From a bacterium (lineage in GTDB: Bacteria > UBA10199 > 2-02-FULL-50-16 > JAJFLM01), in the NCBI GenBank assembly GCA_965216315.1, contig CBDCFN010000016.1, forward strand, positions 576,001-640,000: a stretch of DNA of 64,000 nt, read 5' to 3'. The notes below the pieces were generated by a model. It saw only the letters and a list, made by a program, of their open reading frames with translations, searched no databases and was not told the origin of the DNA. The stretch's first letter is position 1, and the number at the start of each line of letters is the position of its first letter. Position numbers and translations under genes: made by a program. Shown piece by piece: positions 1 through 9,284 of the stretch.

Positions 1-2
1 CC

Positions 3-215
3 AAGCAGAAGCAAGCACCGGTCTTTGAGGCGACGCCTTGTTCCAAGCAGCAGCAAAAGGCGCAGACCTATTCGTTTTTAATGGAACCGTTTTTACAACC
101 GCAACTTAATGAATTGAGTTGCGAGTGGAGTTCCTGGGAGCTGTCGAAGGCAACCGGGCACTTATCATCCTATCTGTTGATTCCACCGACTCCACCGCCG
201 CAAATCCTTTCCTGA
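3..215 (+). CDS. 3' end of an ORF running in from the window edge, ending LLIPPTPPPQILS*; possible Pro-rich leader-type small protein
   Basis: Manual translation of frame 3: 70 sense codons, TGA at 213-215. Not in the ORF track because the start lies outside the window. Confidence 0.55.
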   Translation, partial: KQKQAPVFEATPCSKQQQKAQTYSFLMEPFLQPQLNELSCEWSSWELSKATGHLSSYLLIPPTPPPQILS

Positions 216-260
216 GTTTAAGAAGATTTTGGCGAATATTAATTAACAACGGAGCAAGGA

Positions 261-1109
261 ATGCGCGCATTTTCGGTGTGCTGCGCGTTGTTGGTACTCG
301 TCGTTTTTGTACCGACCGCGCAGGCGCATCATCCGGGCCATGCCGCGTCCAGTCGTGGAAGTGGGCAATACAGTCCCTTTCTGCTGGGATCCGGTGGTCC
401 CAAGACAAGACTGACCTATACCTTTGACTGGAGTCATCTGGACAACAGTGCGGGTGACGTCTACCTGAACCAAATAGAAGGAGAATACTCCATCGTTGAC
501 GGGTTCAGTGTCCTCTTGCGCGTGCCTATCTTGTCGCTGCAATTTAATTTTCGCCCTAGCAAGACGGGGATAGGGGATATTGCCTTCGGGATCAAAGGAC
601 GTTTATTTCAAGACGATAAACACAGTTTGATGCTCGGCAATGATGTCTCTTTTCCAACCGGCAATCGAAACAATGGGACGGGGTCCGGAGCGGTGATTAC
701 CTCACCGTATCTGGCTTATCAGTACGATTTTGGGTTCCTGCAAGCTTATGGGAGCGTGGGGACTAGTTTTGAGCTGGACAATAATCCTGAGCCGTCATTG
801 TTGCCGAGCGCCGGTGTATCTATCCCGCTCTTGAAGCAAGGTATTCCACTAACCGCCTTTGTAAGCCTGCGTGGGCAAATTCTGTTCGCGGATGAGACCT
901 TTCAACGAGGGAGCAGCAAAGTTTATCTCATGCCGGGGCTCATTATTTATCCTCTGGAAAATAAGCGGCTGAGTCTCGTCGTTTCGGGAACCGTCTCGAT
1001 TATCGATACATTAAAGGTGAAGTCGGGTGTCACATTAAATAACGACAGTCTAGCACTTTCACAGGATATTCTGGCTGGGGCGACGTTGCAAATAAACTAT
1101 TCATTCTAG
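261..1109 (+). CDS. Outer-membrane beta-barrel transporter-like protein (MetA/phenol-pathway-like) with His-rich N-terminus
   Basis: Signal peptide ending AQA then HHPGH; GIGDIAFGIK and SFPTG...GTGSG motifs; alternating beta-strands; C-terminal INYSF beta-signal; GGAG RBS. Confidence 0.7.
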   Translation: MRAFSVCCALLVLVVFVPTAQAHHPGHAASSRGSGQYSPFLLGSGGPKTRLTYTFDWSHLDNSAGDVYLNQIEGEYSIVDGFSVLLRVPILSLQFNFRPSKTGIGDIAFGIKGRLFQDDKHSLMLGNDVSFPTGNRNNGTGSGAVITSPYLAYQYDFGFLQAYGSVGTSFELDNNPEPSLLPSAGVSIPLLKQGIPLTAFVSLRGQILFADETFQRGSSKVYLMPGLIIYPLENKRLSLVVSGTVSIIDTLKVKSGVTLNNDSLALSQDILAGATLQINYSF

Positions 1110-1190
1110 TGTTTGTTACAATAAAGCACCTTTATTGTTTACAAACACTTGTGCCGAGTCATTTTTTGGAATGTAAAACATAAAGGTGCT
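1108..1190 (+). promoter_or_regulatory. Intergenic element with two mutually exclusive hairpins and a Zur-box-like sequence
   Basis: 1108-1126 pairs with 1130-1149; alternatively 1125-1143 pairs with 1172-1190; TGTTACAATAAAGCA at 1114-1128. Confidence 0.5.
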
Positions 1191-1202
1191 AGGAGAATCA
1201 CA

Positions 1203-2051
1203 ATGAAATCGCTTGTTTCAAAATTAATACTACTTATCACGGCTGTTACATTAAGTGCGTGCAGTGGTGACCCGCTCGTGTCAAACGCGAGCACTTCACT
1301 GGATTTGTTTGTGGCTCATGTGCAGATTGTGCATCACCCGACCCCAAACGCGGACGGTAGTTTTCCGGATTATGATGCGGTTGACGGTAAGGAATTCGAA
1401 AATGACCTGGGTTACACGATTGAGTTGCATGACGGTGCTTTAAGCTTCCACACGCTGACGCTCGTCTCGGGAGGGGATGACCCTGACTGTATTGAGGGCC
1501 ATGATCAAGAGGTGCATCTCAATCTGACCGAGTCATTGGTCGGTGAAGATCTGTTAATATCGAGCTTGGGAACTCATGGAATTGAAGATCGTGCTTACTG
1601 CCAATATGAGCTCATTCTCGGCGCTGTTGATCACGACCATCCGGCTCTTATGCAGGCACTCCATGATGCCGCTGAGGACGAACATGATCATGATGTGACA
1701 GCTTCCGACGGTGCGGACAACCTGACGGACGAACACGCAGATACGGCGGTATACTTGTCAGGGCATTGGTCCAAGGTCGGTAGTAATGGTGAATTTACGA
1801 TTATGATAGCTGATGAGGTTACCGCATCGGCTGCTTTTAAGGCCAAAGTTGACGGAGTCAGTGAAGCGCATCCCATTCACTTTCATGAAGGCGAAACAGA
1901 GCTTACTATCACCTTTGGAACCAAATACGATAAGCTTTTTGAAGGGGTCGATTTTGAGACCGACTCTGCAGCTGAGATAAAACAACAAGTTATTGCCAAT
2001 ATCCAAGCCGGTGCGGTTCATCAGCATCTGGGTAGTTCACATAGCAGCTAA
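1203..2051 (+). CDS. His/Asp-rich lipoprotein, probable metal-binding protein
   Basis: AGGAG RBS before ATG 1203 (track start 1149 is probably too early); lipobox LSAC; DHDHP, DEHDHD, HPIHFHE and C-terminal HQHLGSSH. Confidence 0.7.
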   Translation: MKSLVSKLILLITAVTLSACSGDPLVSNASTSLDLFVAHVQIVHHPTPNADGSFPDYDAVDGKEFENDLGYTIELHDGALSFHTLTLVSGGDDPDCIEGHDQEVHLNLTESLVGEDLLISSLGTHGIEDRAYCQYELILGAVDHDHPALMQALHDAAEDEHDHDVTASDGADNLTDEHADTAVYLSGHWSKVGSNGEFTIMIADEVTASAAFKAKVDGVSEAHPIHFHEGETELTITFGTKYDKLFEGVDFETDSAAEIKQQVIANIQAGAVHQHLGSSHSS

Positions 2052-2057
2052 TTTTGC

Positions 2058-2091
2058 AGCCCCTGCCGCTCTAAGGATAGCGGCAGGGGCT
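2058..2091 (+). terminator. GC-rich hairpin, probable terminator of the metal module
   Basis: Perfect 13-bp stem AGCCCCTGCCGCT/AGCGGCAGGGGCT with 8-nt loop just after the stop; weak U-tail. Confidence 0.6.
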
Positions 2092-2142
2092 CATATAGCG
2101 ATTTAAATCAAAGGCCACTGATGGTATAAGAACTATCAGTCT

Positions 2143-4461
2143 ATGCTCTCTGCTCTTATCCGCCTTATCATTGATAATCCGAAGAAAATTCTTTGTGTTG
2201 CCTTTGGTGTCACGCTCCTATTGGGCTACTTTATTCCAGGCCTCAAATTAGAAAGCTCTGCCAGCCAACTTTATCCCTCAAAAAAGAGTGCAGAACGTCG
2301 CCTTTTTGAGCGTGTTGATCAGGAATTCGGAGAAGAGGCTGCGATGGTTGTCGTGTTCAAAAGTGAAGATATCTTTCGTGTAGGTACGCTGCGCAAATTG
2401 AGGGAGATTACTGAAGAGATTGAATCCTGGGATGCCGTCGATCGCGTTGACAGCCTGGCCACGGCACAGCGCATTTCAAGCACAGAGGACTTGCTGAGCG
2501 CGGATGATTTTCTTGCCGAAATACCTGAGTCGGATGCTGCATTGGCGCTACTCAAGAAGGATATTAATGAAAGTATTATCTACGGTGGTCGCTTGGTCTC
2601 TGAGGATAATCGCATGACGATTGTCAATGTTATCATGAAGCCAACAGAAGACATCCAATTGAAGAGCCGCGTGTCGCAGCGTCTCCATGAGTTGATCGAA
2701 AAACACCAAGGGCCTGAGGAGATTTTTATAACCGGACCGTCGGAATGGAATGTCGCCATGACCCACATACTCAACCGGGAACTGAAATATTTTGCTCCCA
2801 TGGTCGTGATTATCATGCTGATCATGCTGTTCTGCAATTTTAGGTCTTATATGGGTTTTGTCCTCCCTCTTTTTAGTGCTTGCGTTGGTATACTCTGGAC
2901 CTTAGGAATTATGGGGTTTACGAAAATTCCCCTGACAATGCTATCGGTGACATTGCCACCAGTGCTGGTGGCTGTTGGCTGCTCGTATGCTGTCTATGTG
3001 CTTTCAGCCTATTTCTATATGCACGCGGATGAAGCTGATATGGCGACACGGCTGGAGTCGGTTCTACGCCGCACCCTCTTAGCGATCATACTTTGTGGCG
3101 GGACAACGGTGCTCGGTTACTTTGGGCTTTGGATCAACGAGATACAACTTGTTGAGCAAATGGGTCTGGCGGCAATGATAGGTATTGTCTGTCTCTTGGT
3201 GATGACGACCTTTGTTCTGCCGAGCTTATTTGTTTTCTTGGGTGTTTCTCAGATGGCTAAAGAGGGTAGTGACGATCGTCCGCGCAAGATACCGCGTAAA
3301 AGCATCTTCTCGAGAATTCCTTACCTCTACCGCCATCATTCAGGTAAATTTGTTGTCTCCTTTGTCGTATTTACTTTATTTGTTATTTTTTTCATTCCGC
3401 GTCTTCGGATTGAAACCGATCCTGCGCGCTTTTTCCGTGAGAATTCCATTGTGAGGCAGAATCTAAACCAGCTGATGAATACAATGAATACGGGATACAA
3501 TATCCAGATTGTGATGCAAGGGGACAAGCCTGATTATTTCAAACACCCTGATATGCTCAAACGAATTGCCACAGCACAGCGCAAGATGTCGCTACTCCCA
3601 GGAGTTGGAAAGACGACATCATTGGCCGACTATATAATGATGATCAACCAGTCGTTCAATGAGAATGATCTGCAGCGTCGACGAATACCGGAGTCAGCGG
3701 ACGAATTGGCTCAGTACCTTCTGTTGTTCAATATCGCCGGGGCAAGCGATGATCTGTTTCGGACGGTCACTGAGGATTATGCTATGTCGCAGATACATGT
3801 GAATACCGGAATTGCAAACTCACGCAAGTTATTTGCGTTGACGGATCAAGCATTGGACTTGTGCAATAAAGAGTTTGAGGGGGTTCTTGAATGTCAAGCG
3901 ACAGGGTATACTCTGTTAACAACGAAGAGTTCGGAACAGTTGGCTCATGGTGTATTGAAGGGTTTTGCTGTGGCGATTGCCGTTATCATGATCCTTATGA
4001 TCACCTTGTTCAGATCTTTTAAGGTTGGCATGATTGCGATGATTCCCAATGTCATCCCGGTCCTTCTGCTTCTGGGAATTATGGGGGCTATGGGGATTCC
4101 TTTTAATGTTGCGACCTGCGTTACTGTGAGTTTGGCCTTAGCGATGGCCGTGGATGATACGGTACATTTCTTTGTTCATTTTTATATCGAGCTCAAGGAA
4201 TCAAATCATTATATGATTCGCCAAAACACAGGGGTTAAGAGGACTGAAGAACAATGGAAGGCCATGGTGAGCACCTGGCATCAGCTTTATCGCCCTATGA
4301 TGACGACGACCTTAACGATCATTATGGGCTTCTCAGTTCTTCTTTTTTCGGACCTCCTTCCCATCGCTTTCTTGGGTTTTCTCATGGCCTTGGCCATGAT
4401 ACTCGCGCTCGTGACGGATTTGATTTTGAGCCCGATTCTCTTGGTGTCGATAGCTATTTAG
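2143..4461 (+). CDS. MMPL/RND-superfamily (HAE3-like) lipid transporter, copy 1
   Basis: 772 aa; two repeats of 1 TM + periplasmic domain + 5 TM; AMIPNVIP and AMAVDDTVHF motifs. Confidence 0.9.
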   Translation: MLSALIRLIIDNPKKILCVAFGVTLLLGYFIPGLKLESSASQLYPSKKSAERRLFERVDQEFGEEAAMVVVFKSEDIFRVGTLRKLREITEEIESWDAVDRVDSLATAQRISSTEDLLSADDFLAEIPESDAALALLKKDINESIIYGGRLVSEDNRMTIVNVIMKPTEDIQLKSRVSQRLHELIEKHQGPEEIFITGPSEWNVAMTHILNRELKYFAPMVVIIMLIMLFCNFRSYMGFVLPLFSACVGILWTLGIMGFTKIPLTMLSVTLPPVLVAVGCSYAVYVLSAYFYMHADEADMATRLESVLRRTLLAIILCGGTTVLGYFGLWINEIQLVEQMGLAAMIGIVCLLVMTTFVLPSLFVFLGVSQMAKEGSDDRPRKIPRKSIFSRIPYLYRHHSGKFVVSFVVFTLFVIFFIPRLRIETDPARFFRENSIVRQNLNQLMNTMNTGYNIQIVMQGDKPDYFKHPDMLKRIATAQRKMSLLPGVGKTTSLADYIMMINQSFNENDLQRRRIPESADELAQYLLLFNIAGASDDLFRTVTEDYAMSQIHVNTGIANSRKLFALTDQALDLCNKEFEGVLECQATGYTLLTTKSSEQLAHGVLKGFAVAIAVIMILMITLFRSFKVGMIAMIPNVIPVLLLLGIMGAMGIPFNVATCVTVSLALAMAVDDTVHFFVHFYIELKESNHYMIRQNTGVKRTEEQWKAMVSTWHQLYRPMMTTTLTIIMGFSVLLFSDLLPIAFLGFLMALAMILALVTDLILSPILLVSIAI

Positions 4462-4474
4462 CCTGCACTTCGTG

Positions 4475-5059
4475 CTAAAAAGGGGCAGAAAAACCAACAC
4501 CCGCGGAGGTGTTATTGCCCTGCTGCGAAACAGTCGGCGTAATCGTAACCTTGGCTTTCTTTGGGATCGCCCAGCCAATAAGAGCTCCTACCGCGCCGCC
4601 AAAGAGGGCGCCGCCAAATCCACCAATTAGTGAGCCAGCCGCACGCATGGTGTCACAGTCCCCTGGATCACTGCTATTCTCACAGCCTGATAAGGCAAAG
4701 CCGAGACCGAGTGGGAGGCCGATGGCTGCAGCACCTATCCCCATGCCAGGGAGAGCGTAAGAGCCCACTCGTTCGTCAGAGGTACTGTTAATCCGTTCGA
4801 TGCTGTGGGCTGGATAGGCTGTGATTGCCTTATTGTCTTGCGACCGGACTATGAGTTGATCGTTTTGCGTGGCGAGCTGGGAGCCTTTTACCTTGAGCTC
4901 GGTCTCGCGGTTATGCAGCTTGATCGCGTAAGTTTTGCTCGGCTTAAAACGAGTCTGGGCTAAGGGTTGACTGATTTGGCGATGGGGTGCCGAGGCGCAC
5001 CCCGTCTGGATGCAGACAACTGTCAAAAGTAATATTGTTAAGTGCCGTGAAGTCTTCAT
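4475..5059 (-). CDS. Lipoprotein with glycine-zipper hydrophobic hairpin, unknown function
   Basis: Lipobox QTGC; GMGIGAAAIG and GGFGGALFGGAVGALIG stretches separated by a Cys pair; 4-nt overlap with the upstream gene. Confidence 0.7.
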   Translation of the reverse strand: MKTSRHLTILLLTVVCIQTGCASAPHRQISQPLAQTRFKPSKTYAIKLHNRETELKVKGSQLATQNDQLIVRSQDNKAITAYPAHSIERINSTSDERVGSYALPGMGIGAAAIGLPLGLGFALSGCENSSDPGDCDTMRAAGSLIGGFGGALFGGAVGALIGWAIPKKAKVTITPTVSQQGNNTSAGVGFSAPF

Positions 5060-6000
5060 TGTTGGACCTCATCATTGTTTGAGAAGACGTTCGAACATGC
5101 CTCATCATTTTCGAGTAGGATCTCAGCATCCTCGATATTGACAATAGGGGCCGACTCACCGACATTGTCGCAAGTTTCATTGAGGCTACTGATGCATGCA
5201 TATAATGCGCTATCATTGACTTGAATTGACCCTTCGTTAATGGATTCTCGTACTTGCTGTGAGGAATAGGTATTGCCAATATCGGCAAGGCCGAGATTGC
5301 TCCAGTCGGGAACGGAAACGCCTCCATAATATTGGTTAAACGTACCGATGCATTGAGATAGCTCAAGCTCAGGATTGCAGCGCACGGTGGCGCTACAAAG
5401 GGAATTGATTAAATAATCAACAGCGCTCACGGTTTCTTCTTCCGTTTCAGGCTCTATTGGATCGATGGGCCCTTGAGGGAAAAGATCCGAGTCAACGCAA
5501 GCGGGAAAAGGATCTTGCCCGCAGAGCGGCGCATCCAGTGGAACGAGAAAAGGGCCGATGGCGCCACCAGTTTTGCAACTGGTACTGCTTAAATAGTACG
5601 AGTCTTTGTCGCTATCGTTTTGCCATGAGTCGTAGTAGCTAAAATGGCAGACCTGTCCATCTCTGAAACAATCACCATCGATAGAAGAGTCGGAAATTTC
5701 TGCCACGCAGACAATTTTATTACCACTTATCGATCCGTCCGCATCAGGGGCAAAATAGTAATTGCCATCTTGCCAGTTGAGCTGGGCCGAAAAGGTCAGT
5801 TCATTGTATTCGAGGACAATATTTTCCCCGGAGCCGGAGACCAGAAGGCTGTCCTCGTAGGGGTCATAGTCGTCATTTGCATAGGGGCTTCCTATCCAGG
5901 TGCTACCGGAACTCCAATCGTCAAGGACGTTACATCCTGACAGGATTAGAAAAAACGGAAGGCTTAAGAATCCAAGTTGCTTGAAAAAATTAACGGTCAT
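5056..6000 (-). CDS. Cys-rich acidic lipoprotein, unknown function
   Basis: AAGGAG RBS; lipobox LSGC; about a dozen further Cys residues. Confidence 0.75.
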   Translation of the reverse strand: MTVNFFKQLGFLSLPFFLILSGCNVLDDWSSGSTWIGSPYANDDYDPYEDSLLVSGSGENIVLEYNELTFSAQLNWQDGNYYFAPDADGSISGNKIVCVAEISDSSIDGDCFRDGQVCHFSYYDSWQNDSDKDSYYLSSTSCKTGGAIGPFLVPLDAPLCGQDPFPACVDSDLFPQGPIDPIEPETEEETVSAVDYLINSLCSATVRCNPELELSQCIGTFNQYYGGVSVPDWSNLGLADIGNTYSSQQVRESINEGSIQVNDSALYACISSLNETCDNVGESAPIVNIEDAEILLENDEACSNVFSNNDEVQQ

Positions 6001-6047
6001 TGCGTTCTCCTTTGCGGATGATGAAATTCATGTTTGCACAGAGATAA

Positions 6048-6064
6048 TGCAGGGTCCGTGCCAG
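6048..6064 (-). promoter_or_regulatory. Sigma-54 -24/-12 promoter for the two-lipoprotein operon
   Basis: Minus strand reads CTGGCACG-GACC-CTGCA versus consensus TGGCACG-N4-TTGC; about 48 nt upstream of ATG 6000; AT-rich IHF-like tract at about 6091-6116. Confidence 0.75.
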
Positions 6065-6165
6065 CAAAGGCGCCGGAAGGAAAAGTCGAAAATATTTAAT
6101 AATTTTAAATGGTTAATGAGCTAGCGGCGTTGGCGAAGGGGATTGGGAGTATCGAATGATGCTCA

Positions 6166-6195
6166 TGATCGTCGATTATCGTCGATGATCAACGA
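6166..6195. repeat. Three tandem 10-bp repeats, candidate upstream activator sequence
   Basis: TGATCGTCGA / TTATCGTCGA / TGATCAACGA, about 100-130 bp upstream of the sigma-54 promoter. Confidence 0.5.
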
Positions 6196-6196
6196 A

Positions 6197-7591
6197 CTAA
6201 ATCAGTCCGAATTTCTTAAGGCGATGGAAGAGGGTGCTGCGGGCGATGCCCATTTGGCGAGCGGCTGCGGCGATATTGCCATTGTTTTGTTTAAGTATCT
6301 CCGTGAGAGATGCTATTTGCTGCTGTTCGATTTGAGCACGAATCTTTGTGGGCTTAGCGATGTTCGCGATATCGATTTGTTCTGTTTGAAGAATTTGTTC
6401 TAGATTTAAGTGCAAATCATCGGCATCGATTTGGGTGCTCGGACTCAAGATCGCTGCCCGCTCGATGATGTTCTGCAACTCACGGACATTCCCAGGCCAG
6501 TCATAGCGTTTGAGCTGCTCGATTGCTGAATCTGCTAAGATAAGTTTACGTCCTATTTGTGATGCATATTTATCAAGAAAGTATTGAGCTAGTGATGGAA
6601 TGTCACCTATGCGTTCACGTAGTGGTGGTACCAAGATTGGAACAACATTGAGGCGATAATATAAATCCTCTCTAAAGGCTCCGTCTTTAACTGCTTTTTC
6701 TAGGTTTTTATTAGTTGCAGCGATAATCCGCGTGTCAATAGGGATCAGTTGGTTGCCACCTACGCGCTGGATTTCTCTTTCTTGCAATACGCGCAATAAC
6801 TTTACTTGGACGCTATCTGGAATCTCACCTAATTCATCCAGGAAAATAGTTCCACCCTGGGCTGCTTCAAATCTTCCGATGCGTGTCTTATTCGCTCCAG
6901 TGAAAGCGGCTTTTTCGTGGCCAAATAATTCGCTCTCAAGGACTGTCGTCGCGAGTGCAGCGCAATGTACCGGTATAAAGGTTTGTTTCCTACGTTGACT
7001 GTTTGCATGGACGGCGCGTGCGAGAATTTCTTTGCCGGTTCCGGTTTCTCCAAGAATGAGAACAGTAGAATCAGTAGGGGCGATCTTCTTAATTGTATCG
7101 ATAACATTTTTTAAACCGCTTGTTGCACCGATTAAACCGTCAAAATCGTAAATCTCGTGTATTTGTTCTTCCAGGGTGTCACTTCTGACTGCAAGCTCCT
7201 GAAGTTTTGCCATTCGTTCTTTGAAATTAATAAAAGCCTTTTCAATGATTGGCTTAAGCTCGCTTTTTCGCCACGGTTTAACGATATAATCATGAACGTG
7301 GCCGCGATTGATAGCATCGAGTAATAGTTGCGTTTCCGTATAGGCGGTTAGGATCATTCTGATGGAATTGGGACTGGCATCAATCAGCTTTTCACATAAC
7401 TCTATTCCGGTCATGCCTGGCATTCTTTGATCCGCAATGATCAAGGGGAATTCTTCCTGCTCTAGAATCGTGAGGGCTTCTGCTGCAGACAGACAGGTTT
7501 TGACTAAGTAATCGGACTGAAAAGCCCGCTTGAATGTATTTAGATTGGATTGTTCATCATCCACGTAAAGAATGGCCGGTCTAAAGGTCAT
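6197..7591 (-). CDS. Sigma-54-dependent response regulator (NtrC/AtoC family: REC-AAA+-Fis HTH)
   Basis: YVDDE and ADQRMPGMTG receiver motifs; GETGTGKE Walker A; ESELFGHEKAAFTGA; FLDE; WPGNVRELQN; C-terminal HTH. Confidence 0.95.
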   Translation of the reverse strand: MTFRPAILYVDDEQSNLNTFKRAFQSDYLVKTCLSAAEALTILEQEEFPLIIADQRMPGMTGIELCEKLIDASPNSIRMILTAYTETQLLLDAINRGHVHDYIVKPWRKSELKPIIEKAFINFKERMAKLQELAVRSDTLEEQIHEIYDFDGLIGATSGLKNVIDTIKKIAPTDSTVLILGETGTGKEILARAVHANSQRRKQTFIPVHCAALATTVLESELFGHEKAAFTGANKTRIGRFEAAQGGTIFLDELGEIPDSVQVKLLRVLQEREIQRVGGNQLIPIDTRIIAATNKNLEKAVKDGAFREDLYYRLNVVPILVPPLRERIGDIPSLAQYFLDKYASQIGRKLILADSAIEQLKRYDWPGNVRELQNIIERAAILSPSTQIDADDLHLNLEQILQTEQIDIANIAKPTKIRAQIEQQQIASLTEILKQNNGNIAAAARQMGIARSTLFHRLKKFGLI

Positions 7592-9237
7592 AATGAGACT
7601 CCAGGAAGAGTGATGTCAAATTCCGTGCCTTTTCCTGCTTCCGAACTAACTTCAATGCTACCATGATGACGCTTTAGAGTTTCGAGGCTCAATGCGAGAC
7701 CAAGTCCCGTCCCTTTTCCTGGGCTCTTAAGCGTGACAAAGGGGTCAAAAATACGCGGCAAAACCGCTTTCGGAATTCCACAACCAGTATCACGAATCCT
7801 GATCCTAATTCCAGAGCCATTTCGTTCGGTTAATAATTCTATTGTTCCTCTGTCTTTTATTGCATCACAAGAATTTGCAATGATATTGATAAAAACCTGG
7901 CCGAGCTCCTCCGGTACACCTTGAACAAGCGGGATATTACCATACTGACGAACTATTGAAATGCGATCACGCCATTTAGGGCTCAGAAGTTTCAGGCTCT
8001 GATCCAGAATTTGATTGATATCAATTTCCTGTAGTTTGCTTTGACCTGGATGAGAAAATTCACGAAAATTATCAAGAATAGCCTTAGCGCGTGTCGCACC
8101 TGCATCAATATCTCGCCTTAACTCATCTAAATTTTCAATCATCGCCTTGCTTTGATCGTCTTGAGTCTTTTTGACGCTTTGTTTCAGATCATCTGTGATT
8201 TCCTTGAAAGGCTCTAAATTTGAATAAATAAAAGTCATTGGATTGTTCAACTCGTGAGCCAGTCCAGCCATTAAGTTGCCGACTGCGGCCCTTTTTTCCA
8301 TCATAATCAATTGTATCTGACTTTGACGGAGCCGGCCCATGATTACGCCAAGAAAAAGGGATACTGGAAATAATAGAATTATTGGAGCGGCCAAGTTGAG
8401 AGGAACAGGAGTGTTGGTGACAAAAATTGCGATTGCTGCTGCAAGCGGGACAGTAAATGCAATGAGTTGCCCAAGTAATAAGTAGCGGGCAATTATGCGG
8501 TTAATTTCTAGCTGTGGGCGTTTAAGTGTTATGATCAGGCGCACCAACCAGAAGAGATAGGCGGCAACAACGTACAAGACCGTCGCATATTCAAATAGAA
8601 TCCAAACAGCAGGATTGTTCTTAAAGTAATAGAGGTAGGGAATGCACAAAAACGTTGAAATGACATATGGAGCGAGAAAGGCACGGCTATGTTTAATGAT
8701 AATATTCGATGTTTCTGGGAAGAAAAGTGCAAAATGTAGAATCGTTGCTGGAATGAACGAAAAAAAGCAGAGTAATAAGTAAGAATAATTGTATGTGAGG
8801 TGAAAGTCAGGGCTGAGGATGAGGTAATTACCAGCTAAGAAATGGAAAATTAATAGCGGAAGACGACTCGTTGTTATCGGCATGTAGATAAATATGATTG
8901 CGCCTAGGAACGCGAATAAGAGGCCGGATAGGCTTGGTAGCAGCACAACGAGCGTGTAATCTTGTTTTGAGAAAATTTCGGGAGATGGCGTATCGCCTGT
9001 CTGCCGGTCATGATACAGAATTCCCTTGCGGCTGTCTGTCCAGCCCGGGACATAAAATGGTCCGACAATGTTATTTTCAAAGGCCAAAAAACCCGGAAAG
9101 GGTTGACCGACTTTCTGGTAATTTTCGTGGCATGTTATCGAGAAAAGTCCAAGCGTAAAGGCTAACAGGATAAAAGTTAGGGTCGCGTTGCGGCGGCCAA
9201 CGCTCACTTTTTGAGCCATATTGGGCTTTATAAGCAA
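7588..9237 (-). CDS. Membrane-bound sensor histidine kinase (NtrB-like)
   Basis: Multiple TM helices; H-box AHELNNP; N-box QVFINIIANS; DTGCGI, FDPFVT and GTGLGL; 4-nt overlap with the regulator. Confidence 0.92.
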   Translation of the reverse strand: MLIKPNMAQKVSVGRRNATLTFILLAFTLGLFSITCHENYQKVGQPFPGFLAFENNIVGPFYVPGWTDSRKGILYHDRQTGDTPSPEIFSKQDYTLVVLLPSLSGLLFAFLGAIIFIYMPITTSRLPLLIFHFLAGNYLILSPDFHLTYNYSYLLLCFFSFIPATILHFALFFPETSNIIIKHSRAFLAPYVISTFLCIPYLYYFKNNPAVWILFEYATVLYVVAAYLFWLVRLIITLKRPQLEINRIIARYLLLGQLIAFTVPLAAAIAIFVTNTPVPLNLAAPIILLFPVSLFLGVIMGRLRQSQIQLIMMEKRAAVGNLMAGLAHELNNPMTFIYSNLEPFKEITDDLKQSVKKTQDDQSKAMIENLDELRRDIDAGATRAKAILDNFREFSHPGQSKLQEIDINQILDQSLKLLSPKWRDRISIVRQYGNIPLVQGVPEELGQVFINIIANSCDAIKDRGTIELLTERNGSGIRIRIRDTGCGIPKAVLPRIFDPFVTLKSPGKGTGLGLALSLETLKRHHGSIEVSSEAGKGTEFDITLPGVSL

Positions 9238-9284
9238 TAAGTTCTGATTTTCAAAGCCTTATCGAATGTGTTAGTCTTGCTGCC

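Noticed and set aside
6166..6195. Short tandem repeats as a possible CRISPR remnant
   Set aside because: 10-bp units with no spacers and no cas genes; better explained as an activator site
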